A stretch of DNA of 64,000 nucleotides from the human T2T-CHM13v2.0 reference genome, Homo sapiens, in assembly GCF_009914755.1 (NCBI RefSeq), contig NC_060925.1; one strand, written 5' to 3'. This document shows, piece after piece, positions 52,958 through 64,000 of this stretch; positions within the stretch are counted from its first letter, which is position 1, and each line of letters opens with the position of its first letter. Both the position numbers and the translations under genes were made by a program. Below the pieces are notes generated by a model. That model was given only the letters and a program-made list of their open reading frames with translations, was not told where the DNA came from and did not search any database.

Positions 52958-53525
52958 TTTAGGCAGGGTGTAAAAGAGCAGTTCTCTTATGTAGTCTTTC
53001 ATTCTTTTTTTCCTTCAAATCAACCTATTGGTCTTCTTTCCTTCAATTGTCATACTCAATGATTCAGCCTACATTCCTACAAGGAACGACTAGAGTAATT
53101 GAACTGCCCATGTAATGTCTGTATGTGTAAGAAAATCACTCCAAAATGGTAGTAGAAGATTAGTCAAGGTACCTGATTCCATCTGAAAGTTATCATTCTT
53201 CTTAAGCTCCAAGTTAAATCTATATACAATTCACTACTGCATTTGCTTTCAAAGAATTGCCTGGCCCCATGGCATATGCATCTAGTTCCAGCTATTCAGG
53301 AGGCAGAGACCAGAGGACCCCTTTAACCCAGGAGTTTTAGGCCAGCCTGGGAAACACAGAAAGATCTTGTGTCTAAGAGAAAAAAAAATGTGGAGGACAC
53401 TGTTCGTCATGTAATTCAACGAGAATTTCCAATTTTCTCTATCAAGTTCTTCTTGAGAATGGATTAAAATTTCACAGTGAGAAAGTAAATGTTTCTCATG
53501 ACCAAATGGTATGCTGCTGTTTCCA
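52958..53525 (-). pseudogene. Candidate decayed large exon, phase 2 to 0, interrupted by an Alu monomer
   Basis: GNSSIPFGHEKHLLSHCEILIHSQEELDR...YRFNLELKKNDNFQMESGTLTNLLLPFWSDFLTHTDITWAVQLL*...YIRELLFYTLPK; donor AAA|gtaaga; acceptor would have to be mutated (tttatacaa). Confidence 0.4.
53259..53388 (+). mobile_element. Diverged Alu monomer (FLAM/FAM-like)
   Basis: ccagctattcaggaggcagag...cccaggagttttaggccagcctggg, A tail. Confidence 0.75.
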
Positions 53526-53838
53526 TTGTATAAACAAAACATCATAACAAATTGTTTCTTTTTTCATTCCCCCAAAACAATAAATCCAAATTTGAAACTC
53601 ACCACAGAAACTAAGTTGATATGTATTTTAATAGTTTAGTGTCCTCCTTTTCCATGATTCTGTTTTAATATTTCTATTTTGTCATTTCATTGTTCATACT
53701 TTTGTTGTAAGCCACCTCAATTCCTTTATGGAAAGGCACAGTGGACATAAATGTGATTATAATTCAAGTTATACCAAGTGAGAGCCCAGTTGATGCCAGT
53801 CATTGTCCTGGCCATTGGGGAATTGAAATGTAGAAAGT

Positions 53839-54154
<316 letters not shown>

Positions 54155-54462
54155 TTATGCAACTTTTAGTTCAATGGATAAGGTAGGCATGGAAAATTAA
54201 TAATCATAAGGCATTATACTAGGATTATGTACAAAGTTTTATGAGGCGGAACCAAATCTAATTTATTTTCTGGGAAAGTTTTTCTAGGAATAAGGACATT
54301 TTATCTGAGTAGTATGAGATAAACAGAAGCTGCATAGGTACAAAAATTTGAGAAATGTATTTCTAAAGAAAGGTATGTATAGAAGAAATAGATTTTAAGT
54401 ATGTGGAGATTTGAGGGCAATGAATATAATTTTGAGTCTCTATGTTGTAGGATAGGGTAGGA

Positions 54463-54653
54463 TGGGATTGCAAAATACAGCCCACAGACAAAATATGGTC
54501 AGTGATCTGTTTTTATAGGGTTATGAGCTAACAATTGTTTTAAGGTTGCACAACAAACAACGAAACAAGAATATGAGCAATCATATATGGCCCACAATGT
54601 GTAAAATATTTAATATTTATTTAACATTTACAGATAAAATTTCTGAGCCCCTG
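54463..54653. mobile_element. MER58-like hAT MITE
   Basis: gcaaaatacagcccac...tatggcccac...aaaatattt...tttacagataaaatttctgagcccctg. Confidence 0.6.
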
Positions 54654-54771
54654 ATGTAGGATGCAGTTTGGTAGGGGTATAAGAGTGGTAGAAAGACCAG
54701 AAAAAAAATTTAAAGCCTCATAAAATGTGCCAAAATGTTTGTACTTTAGCCTAAGATAGTAGTATGTCATA

Positions 54772-55317
54772 TGTAGTGGCTTTGTAATGTCTCAAATTGG
54801 CTAGACTAAAATATATAACCCTCAAGTTTTTTCTGCATATGTTTTCATTTAGGGTAGGCTATAATTGAGAATTTCATGCAAGATTTAGATGGGGAAGTGA
54901 ACAATGAGGCATTTTCTAGCACACACATGTTGTCATCAACCTGCTGGCTTACTTTATCAGTCTGGGGCAGCAGCCAGTTTTTAACTGTTCAGTCTTTCCC
55001 TGAAGGATGCCAGCTTCTGTGAGGACATCCATATGAACAAAGTCAGGAGAAGTGAGACCTGACACAGAGTTAACATCCATGTGTTTTCCAGCTCATGCTT
55101 ATAGGTGCCAAATTGTTCTCACTCTCTCCCACTTTACATCCATCACCATTGTGAGCTTACCTGTCCTGCAGACTTCAAGCTCTAGCATCAGATGCAAAGA
55201 TTGCAGTCCTCTTACAGGGACTGCTTAACCAGCCCCCACAGTGGTGTGGGAGTGTGTGTGTGTGCATGTGTGTGTGTCCAGTAGTTCTACTTATTCGATT
55301 AAACCATGACTGATAAA
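54772..55317 (+). mobile_element. ERVL-type LTR (MLT2F/LTR52-like)
   Basis: tgtagtggctttgtaatgtctcaaattggctag start; ...aaaccatgactgata end. Confidence 0.55.
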
Positions 55318-55674
55318 TCATACAAGGATCTCTAAGGAGAATCAAAACCATATTTTAGGACATATGTTTTTCCTGTGTTGCAGAATACATAGTAGATGTA
55401 GGAAATATTAGAGATTAGAACAGCAGTTAGCAGAGAATTAAAATAATCCTAGTGAAAATGATGAAAATCTAAATGAAGAGAGTGGCTAAAGTAAGCGAAA
55501 CGAGGGGGCTACTAGGGAGGAAACTTTATTAGTTTAAATGGGAAGGAGTTGGTGTTTTGTGGGACAAATAAACCATTTACATCTATATATCAAAAAAGAA
55601 TTTCAATATGTCAGACTTTTTGTTTCTGGACTTACATTAAATGTCAAAACTAAGGAATAAATACTATGGCCCAG

Positions 55675-56062
55675 TGTTACAGTTTGAATGTGTCCCCTTC
55701 AAAATTCAGATGTAGCCAATATAACAGTGTGAGGAAGTGGAAACTTCAAGAAGTAATTAGGCCATGAGGGCTCATCTTTCATAAATGAGATTAAGGACCT
55801 TATCAAAGAGCCTTCACAGCATTCAGCAGCTTGCCCTTCTGTCTTCTGCCATGTGAAGACACAGCATTTCTCCCCTCTGGAGGACGCAACATCCAGGTGG
55901 CATCTTGGAAGCAGAGAGCATCCCTCACCAGACAATGGAACCTGCCAGTTCTTTAATTTTGGACTTCTCAGGCCCCAGAACCATGAAAAATAAATTACTA
56001 TTTTTTATAAATTGCCCAGTCTCAGGTCTTTTTGTTATAGTAGCACAAAATGGACTTAGATA
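55675..56062 (+). mobile_element. MSTD-like MaLR solo LTR
   Basis: tgttacagtttgaatgtgtcccc...gcacaaaatggacttagata. Confidence 0.85.
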
Positions 56063-56369
56063 TCCAATAAATAATAAATGTATACATAATAACTATATAC
56101 AAAATGTATAAATAATAAATGTATAAATAATAAATGTATACAAAATGTGCCCTTCTGATGATGAAAATTATGAACATTGAATCATGTTTTTCTTAATAAA
56201 ATTTTCAAATTCTTGAAATAGTGAAATTACCAGTTCTCATAACCATGGTCAGACACGTTTCATGTAACCTACAATGATGAGTTCAGGCTCTTAAGAAGGA
56301 GCTCGCTTTCCATGTGTGTTCTATAAATCAGAAGCTATTAAATGGTGTAAAGAGTTGAACAAAATGACA

Positions 56370-56699
56370 GATGTTATCAAGCGGAGTCAATAAATACATA
56401 AATAATAGCAGATATGCAGGATAAATAAATCTGGAGATCTAATATACAAAATCAGGGCTAAAGTTAGTAAAAGTGAATTGTATTAAAAATTTTTGTTAAA
56501 TAAGTAGACTTTAGCTGCTCTCATCATGAAAATAGTAAAAAGTAACTGTGTTTCTTCATTGCTTGAACAGATAAAAAAGAAAAGTAACTGTGGGATGATA
56601 GATATGTTAATCTGCTTTACTGTTATAACCACTTCACTATCTATATGTATTATATAACATGATGTTGTAAACTTCAAATATACACAATAACATTCATTT
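56370..56699 (+). mobile_element. L1MA-like 3' end
   Basis: ctggagatctaatatac...gtagactttagctgctctc...gtaactgtgggatgatagatatgttaa...atatacacaataa. Confidence 0.7.
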
Positions 56700-56712
56700 T
56701 ATTTTATTTTTT

Positions 56713-57465
56713 TTAATTTTTTTATTATTATTATACTTTAAGTTTTAGGGTACATGTGCACAATGTGCAGGTTAGTTACATATGTATACATGTGCCATGC
56801 TGGTGCACTGCACCCACTAACTCGTCATCTAGCATTAGGTATATCTCCCAATGCTATCCCTCCCCGCTCCCCCCACCCCACAACAGTCCCCAGAGTGTGA
56901 TGTTCCCCTTCCTGTGTCCATGTGTTCTCATTGTTCAATTCCCACCTATGAGTGAGAATATGCAGTGTTTGGTTTTTTGTTCTTGCGATAGTTTACTGAG
57001 AATGATGATTTCCAATTTCATCCATGTCCCTACAAAGGACATGAACTCATCATTTTTTATGGCTGCATAGTATTCCATGGTGTATATGTGCCACATTTTC
57101 TTAATCCAGTCTATCATTGTTGGACATTTGGGTTGGTTCCAAGTCTTTGCTATTGTGAATAATGCCGCAATAAACATATGTGTGCATGTGTCTTTATAGC
57201 AGCATGATTTATAGTCCTTTGGGTATATACCCAGTAATGGGATGGCTGGGTCAAATGGTATTTCTAGTTCTAGATCCCTGAGGAATCGCCACATTGACCT
57301 CCACAGTGGTTGAACTAGTTTACAGTGCCACCAACAGTGTAAAAGTGTTCCTATTTCTCCACATCCTCTCCAGCACCTGTTGTTTCCTGACTTCTTAATG
57401 ATTGCCATTCTAACTGATGTGAGATGGTATCTCATTGTGGTTTTGATTTGCATTTCTCTGATGGC
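56713..57465 (-). mobile_element. Young 5'-truncated L1 (L1PA2/PA3-like)
   Basis: Open ORF2 C-terminus 56935-57453; cacccactaactcgtcatctagcattaggtatatctcccaatgc; TSD tattttatttttt at 56700-56712 and 57466-57478. Confidence 0.93.
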
Positions 57466-57864
57466 TATTTTATTTTTTAAAAAAGAGTTGAATATTTGAA
57501 AATAGCCATTGGAGAAAGACGGCTTCAGCCTTTGCTTCTCCAGTTAAAACTATGAGCACAAACACACAAACACAAACATACACACAACGATGTTATAAAA
57601 CTTAGCAATTAATGCAACTGCACATTCGTCAATCAATACTTTGCAGAAATTACAAAAGAGACAGATTGACTTCTTTTTTTTAAGAAATCAAGTTTTAGTT
57701 ACCATGATAATTGCTAAACTTTTAACACTATGTATAACACCATTTTTAGCTGAACTATTATATAACACTTCACTGCAGTGCACCAGAATAACTAATAACT
57801 TAATGAAGACAATGAATCATAAAGTAAAAGCTGTATTATATGGACTCTCTTAAAAATCCTTTAC

Positions 57865-58133
57865 TTGGTTTTCCTTTTAGGAAGGAAATGTGCAGTGGAT
57901 TTTACCATGATTTCTCCTCCGTGCCTCAGATGAGTCATTAATGAAGGATTTTTGCATTGCCAAGATTTTATTTTACATTTCACTTAATTACTTAATTCAC
58001 TTTTAGTCACCGGATACCAAGTCATTAGCTTTGTAGATTGGTTCATGTTCTTTTCATAGCTGGAAGTAGAATCTCTGCAGAAATACTTTATCATTTCTTC
58101 TACATCTCTTTAATGGCACATGACAATTTATTT
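57865..58133 (-). pseudogene. Candidate decayed exon, phase 0 to 2 (K*IVMCH*RDVEEMIKYFCRDSTSSYEKNMNQ...HFLPKRKT)
   Basis: ttctag acceptor after a 72-nt GT-AG intron; donor AA|gtaaag; 269 nt in one frame with 3 stops. Confidence 0.4.
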
Positions 58134-58205
58134 CTAGAATTTTAATTTGATGTTAAACCATATTCTATTTTTATATTTACATTCTTGTCCTAGTACCCAC
58201 TCAAC

Positions 58206-58735
58206 CTGTGAAATTCTTGAAGTGATAGGATCATAAGCCCAAAGTAAAGGAATTTGCCATCCTCCATCTCTACAGATTCTCAGTGTGGAACTAGACAGTT
58301 TTTCCTGTAATTCTTCATCCTTAAGGATGTCAATGCAAGGTTAGAGTTCCCTTGGAAATCAGTGGGAGCCCTGTGTTTAGATGAACTTAATGAGAAAAGG
58401 CAGACTGTACAGCCTCCAGGGATCTATTTTTCAAACTATGGGATTGCTTTCTTCTTACCCTCTTGCCAAACTAATAAATTAAGTGTTGATACTCCCAGAG
58501 TAGTTCTCCTTTCCTTCAAGATCACTGCTCATTAAAATGCTATCTTTCATTAAAGGATAATGTCTATTGGTTAAATTATGAAGCATGAGATATTCCCTTC
58601 TTCCATTCGTGGGTCAATGTGACTACCAGCATTACAGACCTGACAACTACAGAGCATCTTCAGGGTTTCAGTAGCTATTGAGCTGAGCATCGGTTTAGAC
58701 AATTTGGATCATAAAGATGTTGATTTAATTCACAA
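58206..58735 (-). pseudogene. Candidate decayed exon ending in phase 0 (...PCIDILKDEELQEKLSSSTLRICRDGGWQIPLLWAYDPITSRISQ)
   Basis: Non-repeat sequence with several 35-45 codon open stretches in shifting frames; donor CAG|gttgag; 5' boundary uncertain. Confidence 0.35.
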
Positions 58736-58949
58736 TTCTTAGAGTTTCACACTTTAATTTTTATAACTTCAAAATAATTGTGAGGCATTCCCATCCCCAC
58801 ATCTGAGATTATTAAATCCATACTTTGCAATTGTATACCTTCCTAAATTCCGCAGTGAAGCAAGAAGGATGTAAGAGGCTCTATTTCAAGCTATGACATT
58901 CAGAATAGCCATTTTTGTCAAATTTTCAGACTTGACCTTATTATTTTTT

Positions 58950-59125
58950 TAAGTGTAATGTTAGAGAGAAAAGCATCTGGCTTTTTTCAAATGCCAGCTC
59001 TCTTCCTTGTGAATTTATCTTGGATATTTCATTTCGCCCCTTTTGAACCTCAGTTTCATCATCTAGAAAGTGGTGATAATAACAACAATTGTGCAGGGAA
59101 TACATTAAAAAATAATAAATAATAT
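58950..59125 (+). mobile_element. MIR SINE
   Basis: tttgaacctcagtttcatcatctagaaagtggtgataataac. Confidence 0.7.
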
Positions 59126-59189
59126 GTGTCTTTTTTCCATTTCAATTCTTTGAATTATTTAAGTCCATAATATTAGACCTCACATAAAA

Positions 59190-59635
59190 TCAGTAAATGA
59201 TCCTAGGTTTACCTTCTAAATATATCTATTATTTGACCACCTCTTAGTACCTCTAACACTACCATTTTGGTCTAAAACTTTATATTCTTCCACTAGATTA
59301 CTATGATAGCCTCAAATATATTTATCTGCTTTAGCTATTTCCCCACACGTAGTATGTTCTGCAGATAGCAGACAAACATAAGTCAGGATACATCATGTCT
59401 CCCCTCAATGTCTTCCAAAGACTATCTGTGTTACTTAGAGCAAAATACCTTAAAATGTCCTTCAAAGCCATATGTAACTTCGCCACATTTTATCTCTCCA
59501 GCTCTCTCTAATCATCCTATTTAAATTGACTCACCAGTCCCTGATCTTTCCATCCTCTTTTCTTGCTATGTATTTTTCCATATACATGTCATAATTTACC
59601 ATATTGTACATTTTGTTTATTGTTTATCTTTCCCC
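59190..59635 (+). mobile_element. L2 3' relic
   Basis: cagtaaatgatcctaggtttaccttctaaa...cataagtcaggatacatc...tttattgtttatctttccc. Confidence 0.55.
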
Positions 59636-59983
59636 TGTAACAACCACCTCTTGTGTGTGTGCTGTTTCAGATTTGCTCAACCTCCCCTGTCTTACATTAG
59701 TCACTGCTGGATTGTTAGTTCTGCATGGGCTCCAAACAGCTTCATGTAGGGACCACTCGGAAGTTTCTTATCTCAGGCCTTACCTCCTTAACGTCTAGTT
59801 TCCTTTTCCTTGCATTTGCTGGCACAGGCACAAGGCTCTTGGTTCTCACACATATACAGTTGGGAAACGGGAATTTAACACTCTGTGGGATGACCAGTAG
59901 AGAACGGGAACCAATAGGGAGATATTCTCTCCTTTCATCATTATGATATACTAGTCTAAGAAACCTTTTCAATATTCTGTGAG

Positions 59984-60283
<300 letters not shown>

Positions 60284-61974
60284 AAGATTCTGTGAGATTG
60301 AGTAACTAGTTGCCCATAGCATGGCCTATTCACTGTGACCTTCTTGTATTGCCTCTCTCTCTGTTTTGCCTTTTCCCCCCATCCCTCACTTCTGCTTCCT
60401 GGATTTTCTTCACCTGTAAATTACTTATATTTAACCTTCTATTTTAGGTTTTGCTCTGTTGTAAAGCCCATGTTAAGACAATAGTATCCATAGTTGCTTA
60501 GAAAGCTGAAAATTTGGAAGTTGATTATGATCGGTCATATGGCAATAAGAAACTGTTGGTGTTAAGTGGGGAGATGAAAAACCCTGAGATGCATACCCGT
60601 TTTACAATTCCTATAATTCTTCCTTGTGCTGGACTGGAATGAAGTATACGCAGAAACCACATTGTGCTATATTGTGGCTGAGACATTTGAGAACTGTGGA
60701 GGCAACAAATATTAACATTACAAAGGTTATGGAGAGGCTGGCATTGAGATCCTTGAGAAATAAAAATTACAGGTTAAATTATATAGCCATCAATTGGAGA
60801 GTGATGAGTCTCTATGACAATATAAGGAGAACTTCATCTCCTATTGTCTCAAAACAGTGCTGAATGTCAGACCAGAATCTAAGTGTAAGGAAGGCAGAAT
60901 TGCAAAGAAGATGAATCTATAGCTTGAAAAGGTGTGTTTTTTTTTTCTTTTTCCCTTTCTTTTTGTTTAAGGCCTTGATAGCAAGAGTCTGAGAATGAGA
61001 TGGGGACATTTTGATGAATGATTCTGTGGAACTTGGACCACTAATTCCCTCAAATTTTTATGTGTTATAAAAAATTTATTTTCCTACTTTTTGACAGAGG
61101 ACAGATATCTCCCCATTCTTTAAGATTCTGCAAATACCTCAACCAGAAGATGGACTTTCAAATATAATGTTTGAACATCACCTGCACCGATTTTTATAAT
61201 TTTAATCACCCGAATCATGTTTTAACACAATGGTGTGGAAATATAATCTGTGTTTCAGGATTAAAATGATTACACATCAAATGGATCATAAGGCTTAGCT
61301 ATCAGGTATCAGAAGGGGAGGAATCCAGAGGAGGCAGTGATTTGTAAAGTGTTAGACCAAAAAGATAGGGTAGAAGATTAACCTCTATCTGAAGTAATTT
61401 TCTTAGCTAATGACAGTCACCCATATCTCAAAAAATTCAACGTTCTGGTGAGGACATCCGGAGATGGTGTTAACATTTTGATGGAATAGCTATTTCAAGC
61501 TAGAATATGATTGTCTTTGAGTAAACAAAGCAAAGATGTTGGAAATTTTGTAGCACTGAATAAGAGTAAGAAAACATGGAAAAGTAAAAAATTAAATGAG
61601 ATTTATTATATCACCAGAGTATATTACCTAAGAGGGCCCAGACAATACTATCTCCTTTAAGGCAGAAAATAAAAAATAAATGAGATATGTCACAGCATCT
61701 TGAGAAGCTCAGTAATGGCTGCCTTCTATAAGTTGGGAGATGCTATCATGCTACTGAACTCTCTAACATATATGAGATAAATAAAATTAGGGAAAGGCAG
61801 AAACTAAATGGCAGCATTTAACTCAGAGGTAAGGTGACCTAATCACTGTAAAAAGTAGCAAGATTGGTATAAAAATCAGGCTAACTTGTCCGACAGGTTT
61901 CTGAAATGATAAAAGAATCATGGTCATCTTAATGGATAGATAGAATGCTGCTCAATTTTTATATTAAATATTGA

Positions 61975-63936
61975 CATCTTACATTTAAAACTTTAATCCA
62001 TCTTGGGCTAATTTTTTATGTAATGAAAGGTAGTGGTCCAGTTTCATTCTTCTGCATAAGATTAGCCAGTTTTCCCAGCACGATTTATTGGATGGGGTGT
62101 CCTTTCCCCATTGTTTATTTTTGTTGACTTTGTTGAAGATCAACTGGTTGTAGGTAAATGGCTTCATTTCAGCGGTCTCTATTCTCTTCCAGTGGTTTCT
62201 ATGTCTATTTTTGTACTACCATGCTGTTTTGGCTACTGTAGCCTTGTAGTACACTTTGAAGTTGGGTAATGGGATGTCCCTGGCTTCGTTGTTTTTGTTT
62301 AGGATCACCTTAGCTATTCAGGCTTTTTGTTTGTTTGTTTGTTTGTTCTACATGTATTTTAGAAAAATTTTTTCTAATTCTGTGAAAAATGACATTGATA
62401 ATTTGGTAAGAATGGTGTTAAATCTGTAGATTACTTTAAGCAGTATAGCTATTTTAATTTTATTGATTCTTCCAATCTGTGATCATGGAATGCTTTTCAA
62501 CATGTTTGTGTCGTCTATAATTTCTTTCAGCAGTGTTTAGTAGTTCTCCCCATGGTGATCTTACACCTCCTTGGTTAGGTGAATTTCTAGGTATTTAAAA
62601 TATTTTGTGGCTATTATGAATGGGATTGCATTTTTTATTTTGCTCTCAACTTGAATGTTACTGGTTTATAGAAATGCTACTGATTTTTCTACATTGATTT
62701 TGTATCCTGAGACTCCTGAAGTCATTTATCAAGTCTAGGAGTCTTTCTGTGGAATCTTTAGGGTTTTCTACATTTTCCAGGTATGGATTCATATTGTCAG
62801 TGAAGAGAGATAATTTGACTTTCTCTTCTCCTACTTGGATCCCTTTGAAGTCTTTCTCTTTCCTGATTGCTATGGGTAGGACTGCCAGTACCATGTTGAA
62901 TAGTGAGAGTGGTCATCCCCCAAAGCAAATGCAACACAATCAAATATAGACAAATGGGACTTAATTAAACTAAAGAGCTTCTGCACAGCAAAATAAACTC
63001 TCAAAAGAGTAAACAAACAGTTTACAGAATGTGGAAAATGTTTGCAAACTATACATCTAGCAAAGAACTAATACAGAATCTACAAACAATTCAACAGGGA
63101 AAAAAAACACATTAAAAAGTGGGCAAATGACAGATACTTCTCAAAAGAAGACATACAAGTGACCAACAAACATGAAAAAAATGCTCAACATCACGAATCA
63201 TCAGAAAGATATAAATCAAAATCACTATAAGATACCATCTCACACTAGTCAGAATGGTTTTTATTAAAATGTCAAAAGCAACAGATATTGGCAAGAATGC
63301 AGAGAAAAGGGAAGGCTTACAGAGTATTAGTGAGAATGCAAATTAGTTCAGCCACTCTGGAAATCAGTTTGGAGATATCTCAAAGAACTAAAATTAGAAC
63401 AGTCATTTGACCCAGCAATCCCATTAGTGGGTATATAGTCAAAGGAAAATAAATTGTTTTACAAAAAAGACTCATGCACATGTATGTTCATTACAGCACT
63501 GTGCACAATTATAAAGATGTGGAATCAACCTAGGTGCCCATCAATGGTGAATGAATAAAGTGTGGTATATATACATCTGAAATACTATGCAACCATAAAA
63601 AAATAAAATTATATTATTTGCAGCAACATGATGCAGCTGAATGCTGTTATCCTAAGCAAATCAATACAGAAACAGAAAAACAAATATTGCATATTCTCAC
63701 TTATATGTGGGAGCTATATCTTGGGTACACACAAATATAATGATGGGAACAATAGACAATGGGGACTCAAACGGAGGTTGGGGAGCAAGAGCTGTAAAAC
63801 TTCTAATTAGGTACTATGTTCGCTGTCTGGGTGACAGGATCAATAGAAGCCCAAACTTCAACATCACACAATATACCCTTGTAACAAATTTGTACATATA
63901 CCCGCTGAATCTAAAATAAAAATAAAAATTAAAAAA
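61975..63936 (+). mobile_element. 5'-inverted (twin-primed) L1PA16/PB-like element: inverted part 61975-62915, direct part 62916-63936
   Basis: Antisense ORF2 piece abuts the sense 3' piece; TSD aaatattga / aaatatgga. Confidence 0.85.
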
Positions 63937-64000
63937 AAATATGGAGAGTTGGCAAGCAAAAATGTGACATCTGCCATTGAAATGAGAAATCACAGTTGTT

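Noticed and set aside
58839-58912. Possible first coding exon on the minus strand (aaaATGGCT...GGAAG|gtatac)
   Set aside because: Stop after 8 codons and no independent support; too speculative to add to the gene model.

Overview
AT-rich primate (great-ape/human-like) genomic DNA with no intact protein-coding gene and no prokaryotic features. Most of it is interspersed repeats: L1s of many ages (including a ~16-kb nest of co-oriented L1s at 36287-52217), about 11 Alus, MaLR/ERVL/ERV1 LTR elements, a near-complete hAT (Charlie3/MER1-type) transposon split by a THE1 LTR, MITEs and MIR/L2 relics. The most interesting signal lies in the non-repeat islands. There, about 12 exon-like segments on the minus strand (58.7 kb to 7.8 kb) have GT/AG boundaries, and their least-interrupted reading frames join in matching splice phase. 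This suggests a long-dead multi-exon (unitary) pseudogene that I cannot name. Other items are a ~600-bp inverted duplication, a 64-bp hairpin retrocopy with a perfect 16-bp TSD, a twin-primed L1 and a templated-insertion scar. All subfamily names were recognised by eye and need RepeatMasker/Dfam confirmation.
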